A program made the position numbers and the translations under genes. The notes under the pieces are model-generated. The model had not been told where the DNA came from. It saw only the letters and a program-made list of their open reading frames with translations, and ran no database searches. A stretch of 64,000 bases of DNA from Candidatus Gastranaerophilales bacterium (GTDB lineage Bacteria > Cyanobacteriota > Vampirovibrionia > Gastranaerophilales > Gastranaerophilaceae), in assembly GCA_944326685.1 (NCBI GenBank), contig CALVEV010000037.1, positions 21,211-85,210 of the forward strand, written 5' to 3'. This document shows positions 1 to 8,382 of this stretch, one piece after another (position 1 is the stretch's first letter; each line of letters opens with the position of its first letter).

Positions 1-146
1 GCTTTTCCTTTTCTGAATCCAGGAATATTCATATATCTTGCATAATTTTTTACAGCTCTATTGTAAGCATCTACTCCCTTTTTTGCAGGTATTTCTATTT
101 CGACTTTTGCAATATTGTTTGATTCTTTTTCTAAATCTATTTTCAT
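1..146 (-). CDS. tig: trigger factor, N-terminal fragment (gene runs off the window start)
   Basis: Reverse complement of 1-146 translates MKIDLEKESNNIAKVEIEIPAKKGVDAYNRAVKNYARYMNIPGFRKGK. IPGFRKGK is the hallmark box of the trigger-factor ribosome-binding domain. AAGGGA SD at 153-158. Absent from the ORF track because fewer than 60 aa lie inside the window. Confidence 0.6.
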   Translation of the reverse strand, partial: MKIDLEKESNNIAKVEIEIPAKKGVDAYNRAVKNYARYMNIPGFRKGK

Positions 147-342
147 TTTATTTCCCTTATTATTATATATTTAACCATTTTAAGGTTATCTCAAACAAAC
201 TTTTAGTGCAAGTCTATTAAAATGTTGTAAATTTTATTCTCTACCTTTCTTTTACCCTCTAGACTTATCATATTTTTAGTGTATAATTGCATATGTCGAC
301 GAATTAGGGAACGGAGGTCAGCGATTTAGCTGAATATAATTT

Positions 343-1209
343 ATGACAATACAAGAATGGTTTGATAAACGTAAAGAGGCTCAAATTGAACGTAGAGCAA
401 GAGAAGCAAGAATGGAAGCAGAAACTGTTCCAGGATTGTGGGTAAAATGTGTTCATTGTGAAGCTCAACTTACAAAAAAAGAATTAGAAGAAAATATGAT
501 GGTATGTCCTTTATGTGAGTACCATTTTAGAATAAATGCAAAGACAAGAATTGCTCAATTATTTGATAAGGATTCTTTTCAAGAATTAAATAAAAATATT
601 CTACCGACTGATCCTTTAAATTTTGTAGATACAGTATCTTACAAAGATAGATTAGAACAAGCTCATAATAAAACAAATCTTGATGAAGCAGTAATAACAG
701 GTATCGGGACTATCGAGGGGCATAAAGTTGCAGCTGCGATCATGGACTTTGATTTTATGGGTGGTTCAATGGGCAGTGTTGTTGGTGAAAAAGTTACCCG
801 TATTATTGAAGAAGGTATAAAACAAAAACTTCCTGTTGTTGCTATTACTTCATCTGGTGGTGCGAGAATGCAGGAAAGTGCATTATCTCTTATGCAAATG
901 GCTAAAACCTCTTGTGCTTTAGCAAGATTAGATGAAGCTGGTTTGTTATACATTAACGTTCTTACAGAACCTACATTTGGTGGTATTACTGCAAGCTTTG
1001 GAACTTTAGGTGATATCATTATTGCAGAACAAGGAGCAAGAATTGGTTTTGCTGGACGACGTGTTATTGAACAAACTATTCGTCAAAAATTACCATCTGA
1101 TTTCCAAACTGCCGAGTATTTACTTAAGTTTGGTCAAGTAGATATGGTATTTAAACGTTCAGAATTAAGAGATAATTTAGCAAAAATATTAGAAATGCAC
1201 GGAGTGTAA
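343..1209 (+). CDS. accD: acetyl-CoA carboxylase carboxyltransferase beta subunit
   Basis: N-terminal CxxC-x15-CxxC zinc ribbon (CVHCEAQL...CPLCEYHF) followed by FMGGSMGSVVGEK and SSGGARMQE motifs typical of AccD. Immediately followed by accA. Confidence 0.93.
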   Translation: MTIQEWFDKRKEAQIERRAREARMEAETVPGLWVKCVHCEAQLTKKELEENMMVCPLCEYHFRINAKTRIAQLFDKDSFQELNKNILPTDPLNFVDTVSYKDRLEQAHNKTNLDEAVITGIGTIEGHKVAAAIMDFDFMGGSMGSVVGEKVTRIIEEGIKQKLPVVAITSSGGARMQESALSLMQMAKTSCALARLDEAGLLYINVLTEPTFGGITASFGTLGDIIIAEQGARIGFAGRRVIEQTIRQKLPSDFQTAEYLLKFGQVDMVFKRSELRDNLAKILEMHGV

Positions 1210-1214
1210 GTTAT

Positions 1215-2168
1215 ATGTCAGTACTGGAATTTGAAAAACCTTTAGTAGAAATTGAAAATAAAATACAAGAATTAAAAAAAATAAGTGCGGAGTCAGGCAT
1301 GGACTTAGATAAAGAAATTGAAACATTTGAACAACAAGCAAATGATTATAAAAAAGAGTTGTATTCAAATTTGAAACCATCTCAAAAACTTCAAATTGCT
1401 AGACATCAAGAAAGACCAAATTTCTTGGATTATACTAAATTAATTTGTGATGATTTTGTTGAAATGCACGGCGATAGAACTGGTATGGATGATAGGGCAA
1501 TTATTGGCGGGTTAGCAAATATTGGCGGCCAAAAAGTTATGCTTATTGGAACTCAGAAAGGTAAGAGTACAAAAGAAAATTTAGAATATAATTTCGGAAT
1601 GCCTCAACCTCAAGGTTACAGAAAAGCATTAAGATTGTTTTATCATGCAAATAAATTTAATATGCCTATCGTTACTTTAATTGATACTCCGGGGGCATAT
1701 CCTGGAATCAGTGCTGAAGAAACTGGTCAAGGTATTGCAATTGCAGTAAACTTAAGAGAAATGGCAAAATTAAATGTTCCAATCATTGCAATAATTACTG
1801 GAGAAGGATGTAGTGGTGGAGCTTTAGGTTTAGGTGTTGCTAATAAAGTTTTAATGCTTGAACATTCATATTATACAGTTATTTCTCCAGAAGGTTGTGC
1901 TTCTATTTTATGGAGAGACGCATCTAAATTTGCGGATGCTGCTGAAGCATTAAAAATTACTGCAGACGATTTAATTAAATTAAATATAGTTGATGGAATG
2001 ATTAAGGAACCTGTAGGTGGTGCTCATACTAACTATGAAGAAATGGGTGAGAATATGAAGAAAGCTATTCTTGATACTCTTTCTGAATTAGCAGGAATGT
2101 CTAAAGAAGAATTAAGAAATCAAAGATATGATAACTTTAGACGTATGGGCGCATTTATTGAAGGTTAA
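1215..2168 (+). CDS. accA: acetyl-CoA carboxylase carboxyltransferase alpha subunit
   Basis: ARHQERPNFLDY, IDTPGAYPG and GEGCSGGALG motifs typical of AccA. Adjacent to accD. Confidence 0.93.
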   Translation: MSVLEFEKPLVEIENKIQELKKISAESGMDLDKEIETFEQQANDYKKELYSNLKPSQKLQIARHQERPNFLDYTKLICDDFVEMHGDRTGMDDRAIIGGLANIGGQKVMLIGTQKGKSTKENLEYNFGMPQPQGYRKALRLFYHANKFNMPIVTLIDTPGAYPGISAEETGQGIAIAVNLREMAKLNVPIIAIITGEGCSGGALGLGVANKVLMLEHSYYTVISPEGCASILWRDASKFADAAEALKITADDLIKLNIVDGMIKEPVGGAHTNYEEMGENMKKAILDTLSELAGMSKEELRNQRYDNFRRMGAFIEG

Positions 2169-2171
2169 TTA

Positions 2172-3071
2172 ATGGATAATTATTTTGAATTAAAAATAGC
2201 AATCAATCCTCAAATGGAAGATACAGTATCTTGTATTTGTTTTGAACGCTTGAACTGCGAAGGTGTTGTTTTAGCAGAAGAAAAATATAAAGATTTAGAA
2301 ATGGTATCTACAACTGAGGGTACTTTGCGTGTATTTTTAACAGAAGATAGTGTAAAAGATATTAGTGAAATCAAGTCTATCCTAAAAGAGGAAAGAGAGT
2401 TTTTGATTGAACAGGGTCTGTCCGAAGAAGAGCTTGGTAGCTGGGAAATCTCATTTGAAGAAAAGGAAAATGAAGATTGGTCAAAGAAATGGAAAGAAAA
2501 CTGGGATGTTACCCATATAACTGATAATGTTGTAATAGTTCCTTCTTGGCTTGAATATACTCCCCAAAAAAATGAGATAATAATATCTTTGGATCCTGGA
2601 CATGCATTTGGAACAGGTACTCATCAGACAACACAGCTTTGCGTAAGAGCAATGGAAGAATATCCAGATTTTAAAACGGTTGCAGATATTGGTATGGGAA
2701 CAGGAATTTTGGCTATTATTGCAAAGAAAATGGGTGCAGATTATGTATATGGCTGTGATAATGATCCCGATGTAATTGATGTTGCAATAGAAAATGCTCA
2801 AAAAAATAATGTAGAATGTAAGTTTGAATTTAATACAGCTGATAAAATAACAGAAAAATTTGATTTAGTTTGTGCAAATATTTTACATAATGTTTTATAC
2901 GAAATTATGCCTGATTTGAAGAATTTGTTAAATCCAAGTGGTAAAATTGCTTTATCTGGAATTTTAGAAGAAAAGAAAGATGTTGTTTTAAAAGCTATTG
3001 AAGAAAATAATTTAAAAATTTTAAAAACCAACTATCAAGATCAATGGATTTCTTATATTGTTGAGGCATAA
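2172..3071 (+). CDS. prmA: ribosomal protein L11 methyltransferase
   Basis: PGHAFGTGTHQTTQLC and DIGMGTGILAI (SAM motif I). Length and layout match PrmA. Confidence 0.85.
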   Translation: MDNYFELKIAINPQMEDTVSCICFERLNCEGVVLAEEKYKDLEMVSTTEGTLRVFLTEDSVKDISEIKSILKEEREFLIEQGLSEEELGSWEISFEEKENEDWSKKWKENWDVTHITDNVVIVPSWLEYTPQKNEIIISLDPGHAFGTGTHQTTQLCVRAMEEYPDFKTVADIGMGTGILAIIAKKMGADYVYGCDNDPDVIDVAIENAQKNNVECKFEFNTADKITEKFDLVCANILHNVLYEIMPDLKNLLNPSGKIALSGILEEKKDVVLKAIEENNLKILKTNYQDQWISYIVEA

Positions 3072-3542
3072 ATGGATTATAAAACAAATGTAATGAGAGC
3101 TTTAGATAAACTAAAGATTAAATATAACCATTATTCTTATGCTGATACTGATGCGATATCAGGGCTGGAAGTTGCACAAGTATTAGGTCAAAACCCTGAT
3201 AGGGTATTCAAAACTTTAGTAACAGTTGGAAAAACAAAACAGATTTACGTCTTTATGATTCCTGTTGCAGAAGAATTAGATTTGAAAAAAGCTGCTAAGG
3301 CTGTTAATGAAAAATCAATTGAGATGTTAAAATCTAAGGATTTGTTAAAAACGGTCGGGTATGTTCACGGGGGGTGTTCTCCTATTGGAATGAAAAAATT
3401 GTTTCCGACTACAATTCATCGTTCGGCTTTGGATTATGAAACAATAATATTCAGTGCTGGTAAAATTGGATATCAGGTTGAATTATCTCTTGATGAACTA
3501 AGTAAGATTATAAAATTTAATATTGCCGAAGTTTCCGTATAA
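3072..3542 (+). CDS. ybaK: Cys-tRNA(Pro)/Cys-tRNA(Cys) deacylase, YbaK family
   Basis: 156 aa. TNVMRALDKLKI..Y..Y at the N-terminus and HGGCSPIGMKK core resemble the YbaK/ProX editing domain. Start abuts the prmA stop. Confidence 0.75.
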   Translation: MDYKTNVMRALDKLKIKYNHYSYADTDAISGLEVAQVLGQNPDRVFKTLVTVGKTKQIYVFMIPVAEELDLKKAAKAVNEKSIEMLKSKDLLKTVGYVHGGCSPIGMKKLFPTTIHRSALDYETIIFSAGKIGYQVELSLDELSKIIKFNIAEVSV

Positions 3543-3594
3543 TATAACTTTACAAAATAGCAAAAAATATATTTATAATTTTTTTATAATTAAT

Positions 3595-4158
3595 ATGATA
3601 AAGATTAATAATAACAATACATTTTACCAACCAATATTTCAAGGAAGAAAGGTTCAATCAGCGAATGATTTTTATTCTAGTGATTTAAATCAGAATTCTA
3701 CTTATAGTAGAGCAATATCATCATATGGTAAGGCAATTGTAGAAATTACTAATCCTAGAGATGATGTTGATAGAAAATTACTTGCGACATCTAATGACGA
3801 AACAATTTCATTAGAAGATGCTGTGAACGAGCTAAAAGATATAAAAACAACTCCTAAAAAGAAAGCTGATTATATTTTATGCTCAACTTTCGAAAATGAT
3901 AAACAAGAAGTTATTATTAATAAAAAAGCATTATTAACAATAAAACAAGCTTTATTGTATGGTGATAAAATTCCTAAAATGGAAGATGCTATAAGAACAG
4001 CATTAGATGATGATACAAAATCTTTTAATTCTGCTAAATTTGATTCTTTATTTGACTATAAGGGACGTCTAAAAGTTGGTGCAAGATTAAAATCAAGGCC
4101 TCAAAATATTGCAAGAGATCTAAGAGATGCAAAAGCTCATAGAAGATTGCAAATCTAA
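3595..4158 (+). CDS. hypothetical N/K-rich protein; upstream part of a reading frame interrupted by one TAA (see findings)
   Basis: ORF track 3523..4158. ATG at 3595 (MIKINNNN...) is the first start clear of ybaK. Same frame as 4291..6267. Confidence 0.45.
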   Translation: MIKINNNNTFYQPIFQGRKVQSANDFYSSDLNQNSTYSRAISSYGKAIVEITNPRDDVDRKLLATSNDETISLEDAVNELKDIKTTPKKKADYILCSTFENDKQEVIINKKALLTIKQALLYGDKIPKMEDAIRTALDDDTKSFNSAKFDSLFDYKGRLKVGARLKSRPQNIARDLRDAKAHRRLQI

Positions 4159-4290
4159 CAAGCTTTAGATAATAATCCTGATGAAGTTAAAAAAGTAGCA
4201 TTTAAAGAATCTGATTTATTTGTACCTATTGATGATAAAAAAGATAAATTATTAGCAGATTTAAAACAATTCCAAAAACAAACAAGTGAA

Positions 4291-6267
4291 TTGCCTGATG
4301 AATTGTATAAAAATATTCAAAAATCTATAAATAATAATGAGTTTGATATAAAAAAAGCTTTTGTTAATCATTATTTATTATTAGATGAGTGTAAAACAAT
4401 AAATGATATTAAAGGTTTGTATCCTGAGTTAGAATATCCTAAAAAAAAACCAGATTATGATCCCACCAGTTCAAAAGATTATTTATATAACAGGTTAGCG
4501 AATGAAGATTTAGATAAGGTTGTAATCTCTACATTTAAACAGGCATATGTAAATTTAAAGCCAAAATCTGATATAAAAGTAAATTTTGAAAACTCGTTAT
4601 CTCCCAAATTACAAAATTTAGAGAAAGCAGGTTTTGAATTTAGTACTCCATCAAATGATTTATTAAAATTATTATCAAAGGGTGAAGAATTACATAATAA
4701 ATATTCTTCAATTCCTAATTATACAGAAGTTGAAATAAAGAATATGGCTAATAAACATGCTATAAGAACTAGTAAAGTCTGGTCTGATTATTCTGAAATG
4801 ACAAGTAGTGAATGGTTGCCAGTTCGTTTAATAAAACATAAACGCAAGCATCCTGAAGAGTCGCAGTATTCTACAGATAAAATGGTGAATACTTATTTGA
4901 CATATTTATATAATAAAAATCCAGATAGAGAATATCCTGCGAATCCGTTAGAAAAATTTGATGATAAAAATTATTTATCTAAAGGAATGAAGAATGTAAT
5001 TAATGGTACATATTGGGCAAGGTATTCAAAACGTGATGAAGCTTATGCAAACAATTCAGATTTTCAAGATTTTAAATCAAAGTTTGATACAGATGCAATG
5101 GCAAAATCATTTGAACATATAGAGAATAATTATACAAATAGCTTTTTCCATAAATATTGGACCCCAGAAAGAGTTGAAACATTAAAAAATGAAATGCAGC
5201 CTGCATACGATTTAATTTATGAAAAGATTGCATTAAAAGAACAAGTCCAACCTAAAGTGGTAACAAATGATGATGTTAATGAACTCATAGAAGATTATTC
5301 TGGTATTGATGATTCAGATAAGGTTTCAGATGAAGAAATATCTAAATTTAAGTATATGACATCAAATATTCAAGATAATGGATTAAAAGAACGTTGCCAA
5401 TCTTGTGTATCTGATGTTGGATTAATTGATAAAGCATATTTTGATTCTACAAATAATATAATAGAGAAATCATTTGAAGATGGTAAATTAAATGAAAATA
5501 AAGCAATTGTATTACTTTCTACTCATGATAAGTACTTGAATTATGTATTAAATCATGATGATGATATATCAGAAGAAGATTTTATTAAGAAAACATTATC
5601 TCCATATAAAAAAGGTAATGATTATGATTATGATTATGCTAAGCAATCAATGGAAGCAGAGGATAAATATTATAATTTGTATGAAAAGCTAGATTCAAAT
5701 GGTGATAATGAATTCAATGATATGATAGCCGAACAATATATATTACAAGATAAGCCAGATTATAAAACTGCAAATATTTTAATTTCTTGTTATCAATCGA
5801 TTCCAGAACTTTTCAAAGGGAAGTTTATAACTGAATATCAGAAACAACCAAAAGATAAAAGTGATTTAACTGTTGATAAAATGACAAAACTTCATCAAAA
5901 AATAATGTCTTGGAATTTTGATAAAGATGAAGAAATTATAATGGATAAGGATAAATTTCCTCAAAAAGTAGTAATTACTCAAAAAGCAAAGCAAGAATTG
6001 TGGGATGCAACAGGTGAAAATATTGATTTATTTGATAGTTTTATAAATAAATTTTATAATGCTGCACAGACAAGAACTGGTGATAAAGGTGGACAAGGAA
6101 TAAAAAAAGTAAAATCTAAGCCATTTTATGAAATTAAAATATTAGGAAATGGCGGTGGATTAAGAATGTATACAAGAGATATTACACCAGAAGATGAACA
6201 AAAATATAGCAAAAATGATGGTATTAATTTAAAATATATCTTTGATACTTGTGATGGTCATTTATAA
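4291..6267 (+). CDS. hypothetical N/K/D-rich protein; downstream part of the interrupted frame; C-terminus tentatively RelE/ParE-like
   Basis: 658-codon ORF. The track start is a TTG with no SD. The frame is open back to the TAA at 4156-4158. No ATG for about 150 codons. Confidence 0.5.
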   Translation: MPDELYKNIQKSINNNEFDIKKAFVNHYLLLDECKTINDIKGLYPELEYPKKKPDYDPTSSKDYLYNRLANEDLDKVVISTFKQAYVNLKPKSDIKVNFENSLSPKLQNLEKAGFEFSTPSNDLLKLLSKGEELHNKYSSIPNYTEVEIKNMANKHAIRTSKVWSDYSEMTSSEWLPVRLIKHKRKHPEESQYSTDKMVNTYLTYLYNKNPDREYPANPLEKFDDKNYLSKGMKNVINGTYWARYSKRDEAYANNSDFQDFKSKFDTDAMAKSFEHIENNYTNSFFHKYWTPERVETLKNEMQPAYDLIYEKIALKEQVQPKVVTNDDVNELIEDYSGIDDSDKVSDEEISKFKYMTSNIQDNGLKERCQSCVSDVGLIDKAYFDSTNNIIEKSFEDGKLNENKAIVLLSTHDKYLNYVLNHDDDISEEDFIKKTLSPYKKGNDYDYDYAKQSMEAEDKYYNLYEKLDSNGDNEFNDMIAEQYILQDKPDYKTANILISCYQSIPELFKGKFITEYQKQPKDKSDLTVDKMTKLHQKIMSWNFDKDEEIIMDKDKFPQKVVITQKAKQELWDATGENIDLFDSFINKFYNAAQTRTGDKGGQGIKKVKSKPFYEIKILGNGGGLRMYTRDITPEDEQKYSKNDGINLKYIFDTCDGHL

Positions 6268-6294
6268 TTTTAGTGGTATTATAACATTGTACTA

Positions 6295-7050
6295 ATGGAG
6301 AGTTTTACTATGGAAAATCAAACAGCAATAATAATACCTGCTAGATACGAATCAAGTAGATTGAAAGGAAAACCACTAATAGAAGTAGGTGGAAAACCAA
6401 TTATACAATGGGTATTTGAAAAAGCAGTAAAGGCAACTTTAGCAGATAGAGTAATCATTGCTACAGATAATGAGCAAATATATGAAACCTCATTAATGTT
6501 TGGGGCAGAAGCTGAAATGACTTTAGATACTCATAACAGTGGAAGTGATAGAATCGCAGAAGTTGCAGAACGTCATCCTGAGATTGCTTATATAATTAAT
6601 CTTCAAGGCGATGAACCAATGATTAATCCGGAAACAATAGATAATGTAATACGTCTTTTAAAAGAAGATGAGAATGCAGATATATCAACATTAGTTAGAG
6701 AAATACATGATGAAAAGGATATAAATGATCCTAATTTGGTAAAATGTGTATTTGATAACAATGGTTATGCCATGTATTTTTCAAGATCAAAAATTCCTTT
6801 TGAACGTAATAGCGGTCATTCAAAATTTTACGGTCATATAGGATTATATGGTTATAAACGTGATGCATTATTTAGAATGACAGGAGCAAATCAATCAAGC
6901 TTAGAATTAACAGAAAGCTTAGAACAATTAAGAGCTCTTCAAATGGGAATGAAAATAAAAGTATCAGTAGTAGAGGATAGTTCTATTGGTATTGATACAA
7001 TTGAAGATTTAAACAATTTCAAGAGTAAAATGCTAGCAAATCAGTTATAA
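6295..7050 (+). CDS. kdsB: 3-deoxy-manno-octulosonate cytidylyltransferase (CMP-KDO synthetase)
   Basis: IIPARYESSRLKGKPL N-terminus, GSDRIAE, LQGDEP and HIGLYGY motifs typical of KdsB. Alternative start at 6310. Confidence 0.88.
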   Translation: MESFTMENQTAIIIPARYESSRLKGKPLIEVGGKPIIQWVFEKAVKATLADRVIIATDNEQIYETSLMFGAEAEMTLDTHNSGSDRIAEVAERHPEIAYIINLQGDEPMINPETIDNVIRLLKEDENADISTLVREIHDEKDINDPNLVKCVFDNNGYAMYFSRSKIPFERNSGHSKFYGHIGLYGYKRDALFRMTGANQSSLELTESLEQLRALQMGMKIKVSVVEDSSIGIDTIEDLNNFKSKMLANQL

Positions 7051-7067
7051 AAATTGAGAAAAAGTGC

Positions 7068-7096
7068 TTGCAATTTTTGTTAAATTCTATTAATAT
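7068..7096 (+). promoter_or_regulatory. candidate sigma-70 promoter for the rpaB-like gene
   Basis: TTGCAA (7068-7073), 17-nt spacer, TAATAT (7091-7096), about 75 nt upstream of the start codon. Confidence 0.3.
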
Positions 7097-7169
7097 AAGT
7101 TTATATTTATTCAAAAAACTACACGAAAATAAATATTTTGTAACATAATAATCATAAGGGTGGTTAATA

Positions 7170-7934
7170 ATGACTGATAAGGAAGAATTACAAGATTCTC
7201 AACACGAATCTGGATCTACACAAAAAATCTTAGTAGCAGATGACGAAGCAAGTATTCGTAGAATTTTGGAAACTCGTTTAAAAATGGTAGGCTATGATGT
7301 AGTAGTAGCTGAAGATGGTGAAGAAGCCGTAGAAGTATTCAACAAAACAAATCCAGATTTAGTTGTATTGGATGTAATGATGCCTAAAATGGACGGTTAC
7401 GGTGTAACAAGAGAAATCCGAAGAACATCAGATGTTCCAATCATTATATTGACAGCATTGGGTGATGTTTCAGAAAGAATTACAGGCTTAGAATTAGGTG
7501 CAGATGATTATGTAATCAAACCATTCAGCCCAAAAGAATTAGAAGCAAGAGTTAAAGCTGTATTAAGAAGAACAAACAATAAAGAAGTAGTTGTTCCAAC
7601 TGGTGGAAAAGCAGTTGCTAAGAATGTAATTACAACTGGTAGTATTAAAATTGATACAGCAAGACGTCAAGTATATAGAAAGAACGAAAGAATTCGTTTA
7701 ACAGGAATGGAATTCAGCTTATTAGAATTATTAGTAAATAATTCAGGTCAAGCATATTCAAGAAACGAAATCTTACAACATGTATGGTCATATCCTGCAG
7801 ATCATAGAATTGATACAAGGGTTGTTGATGTTCACATTTCAAGATTACGTTCAAAATTAGAAACAGATCCAACAAATCCAGAGTTAATCTTAACAGCTCG
7901 TGGAATCGGATATATGTTCCAAAGAATAAATTAG
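7170..7934 (+). CDS. rpaB: OmpR-family response regulator, RpaB/Ycf27-like
   Basis: ILVADDEASIRRILETRL, PDLVVLDVMMPKMDGYGV, DVPIIILTALGDV.ERITGLELGADDYV.KPFSPKELEAR are near-identical to the cyanobacterial RpaB receiver as I remember it. Winged-helix C-terminus (GIGYMF). No kinase gene adjacent. Confidence 0.85.
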   Translation: MTDKEELQDSQHESGSTQKILVADDEASIRRILETRLKMVGYDVVVAEDGEEAVEVFNKTNPDLVVLDVMMPKMDGYGVTREIRRTSDVPIIILTALGDVSERITGLELGADDYVIKPFSPKELEARVKAVLRRTNNKEVVVPTGGKAVAKNVITTGSIKIDTARRQVYRKNERIRLTGMEFSLLELLVNNSGQAYSRNEILQHVWSYPADHRIDTRVVDVHISRLRSKLETDPTNPELILTARGIGYMFQRIN

Positions 7935-7960
7935 TAAATAAAATCAAAAGTATAGATAAA

Positions 7961-7989
7961 AAGAGGTTAAAGAAATTTAACCTCTTTTT
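7961..7989 (+). terminator. rho-independent terminator after the rpaB-like gene
   Basis: Perfect 10-bp stem AAGAGGTTAA (7961-7970) / TTAACCTCTT (7977-7986), 6-nt loop, T-run. Confidence 0.7.
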
Positions 7990-8044
7990 AATTTAAGTAC
8001 TTGTAGAAAAAAATTGATTTGATATAATAAAACTTGTAAATCAT

Positions 8045-8121
8045 GGCGGGTGTCGTCAAGTGGTTAAGACCTCGGATTGTGGTTCCGATATTCGTGGGTT
8101 CGAATCCCATCTCCCGCCCCA
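8045..8121 (+). tRNA. tRNA-His (anticodon GTG)
   Basis: Cloverleaf folded by hand. Anticodon stem TCGGA/TCCGA with loop TTGTGGT (GTG). T-arm GTGGG-TTCGAAT-CCCAT. Acceptor GCGGGTG/CTCCCGC with one mismatch. Encoded extra G(-1) at 8045 opposite C73. CCA encoded (8119-8121). Confidence 0.92.
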
Positions 8122-8126
8122 TTTTT

Positions 8127-8150
8127 AAAAGCTCCGTAATTGGAGCTTTT
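8127..8150 (+). terminator. hairpin terminator after tRNA-His
   Basis: AAAAGCTCC (8127-8135) / GGAGCTTTT (8142-8150), 6-nt loop. Confidence 0.6.
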
Positions 8151-8173
8151 AATTTAATTAGAGGAGGAGTTTA

Positions 8174-8368
8174 ATGAATAGATATTTAAAATTTTCTTTT
8201 TTAGTTTTATTCGTTATTCTATTTTTTAATAATCAAGATGCTCAAGCATATATAAATCCTGGATCTGGTAGTTATATTTTTCAAACAATAATTGGTGGGA
8301 TATTAAGTATATTTTATTTTATAAAAAAAATATTTACATCAATTTTTAACAAGAAAAATAAAGATTAA
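8174..8368 (+). CDS. small membrane protein (signal/anchor plus second TM helix)
   Basis: 64 aa. Hydrophobic N-terminus ending AQA, YINPGSGSYIFQ motif, second hydrophobic stretch, basic tail. GGAGGAG SD upstream. First gene of a tightly packed 4-gene unit. Confidence 0.5.
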   Translation: MNRYLKFSFLVLFVILFFNNQDAQAYINPGSGSYIFQTIIGGILSIFYFIKKIFTSIFNKKNKD

Positions 8369-8382
8369 ATGGGTGATTATAA

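Noticed and set aside
38-220. 60-aa plus-strand ORF at the window start.
   Set aside because: It overlaps the trigger-factor N-terminus encoded on the minus strand (1..146), which has a diagnostic IPGFRKGK motif and an SD. The plus-strand translation is hydrophobic junk.
663-1019. Antisense ORFs of 60-155 aa listed in the track inside well-supported genes. Examples: 663..1019(-), 2481..2801(-), 14959..15228(+), 44520..44948(+), 51974..52324(+), 54447..54914(+), 58487..58852(+).
   Set aside because: Each lies entirely within a longer ORF on the opposite strand that has clear family motifs. Their translations are low-complexity (L/F/I/S-rich), as expected for shadow frames in AT-rich DNA.
3595-3660. 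Shared N-terminal targeting motif among the N/K-rich ORFans (e.g. PIFQG, PFKPLF, NIKFSS within the first 20-35 aa).
   Set aside because: The resemblance is too short and inconsistent to distinguish from chance by eye. It is kept only as something a profile comparison could test.
4156-4158. TAA reassigned as a sense codon (alternative genetic code).
   Set aside because: TAA terminates many well-defined genes here at the expected protein lengths (accD, prmA, hydA, glnA and others). A genome-wide recoding is not supported.
5620-5637. Tandem repeat (GATTAT)x3.
   Set aside because: It is in-frame coding for DYDYDY within an N/D/K-rich protein. It is too short to be a meaningful microsatellite or regulatory repeat.
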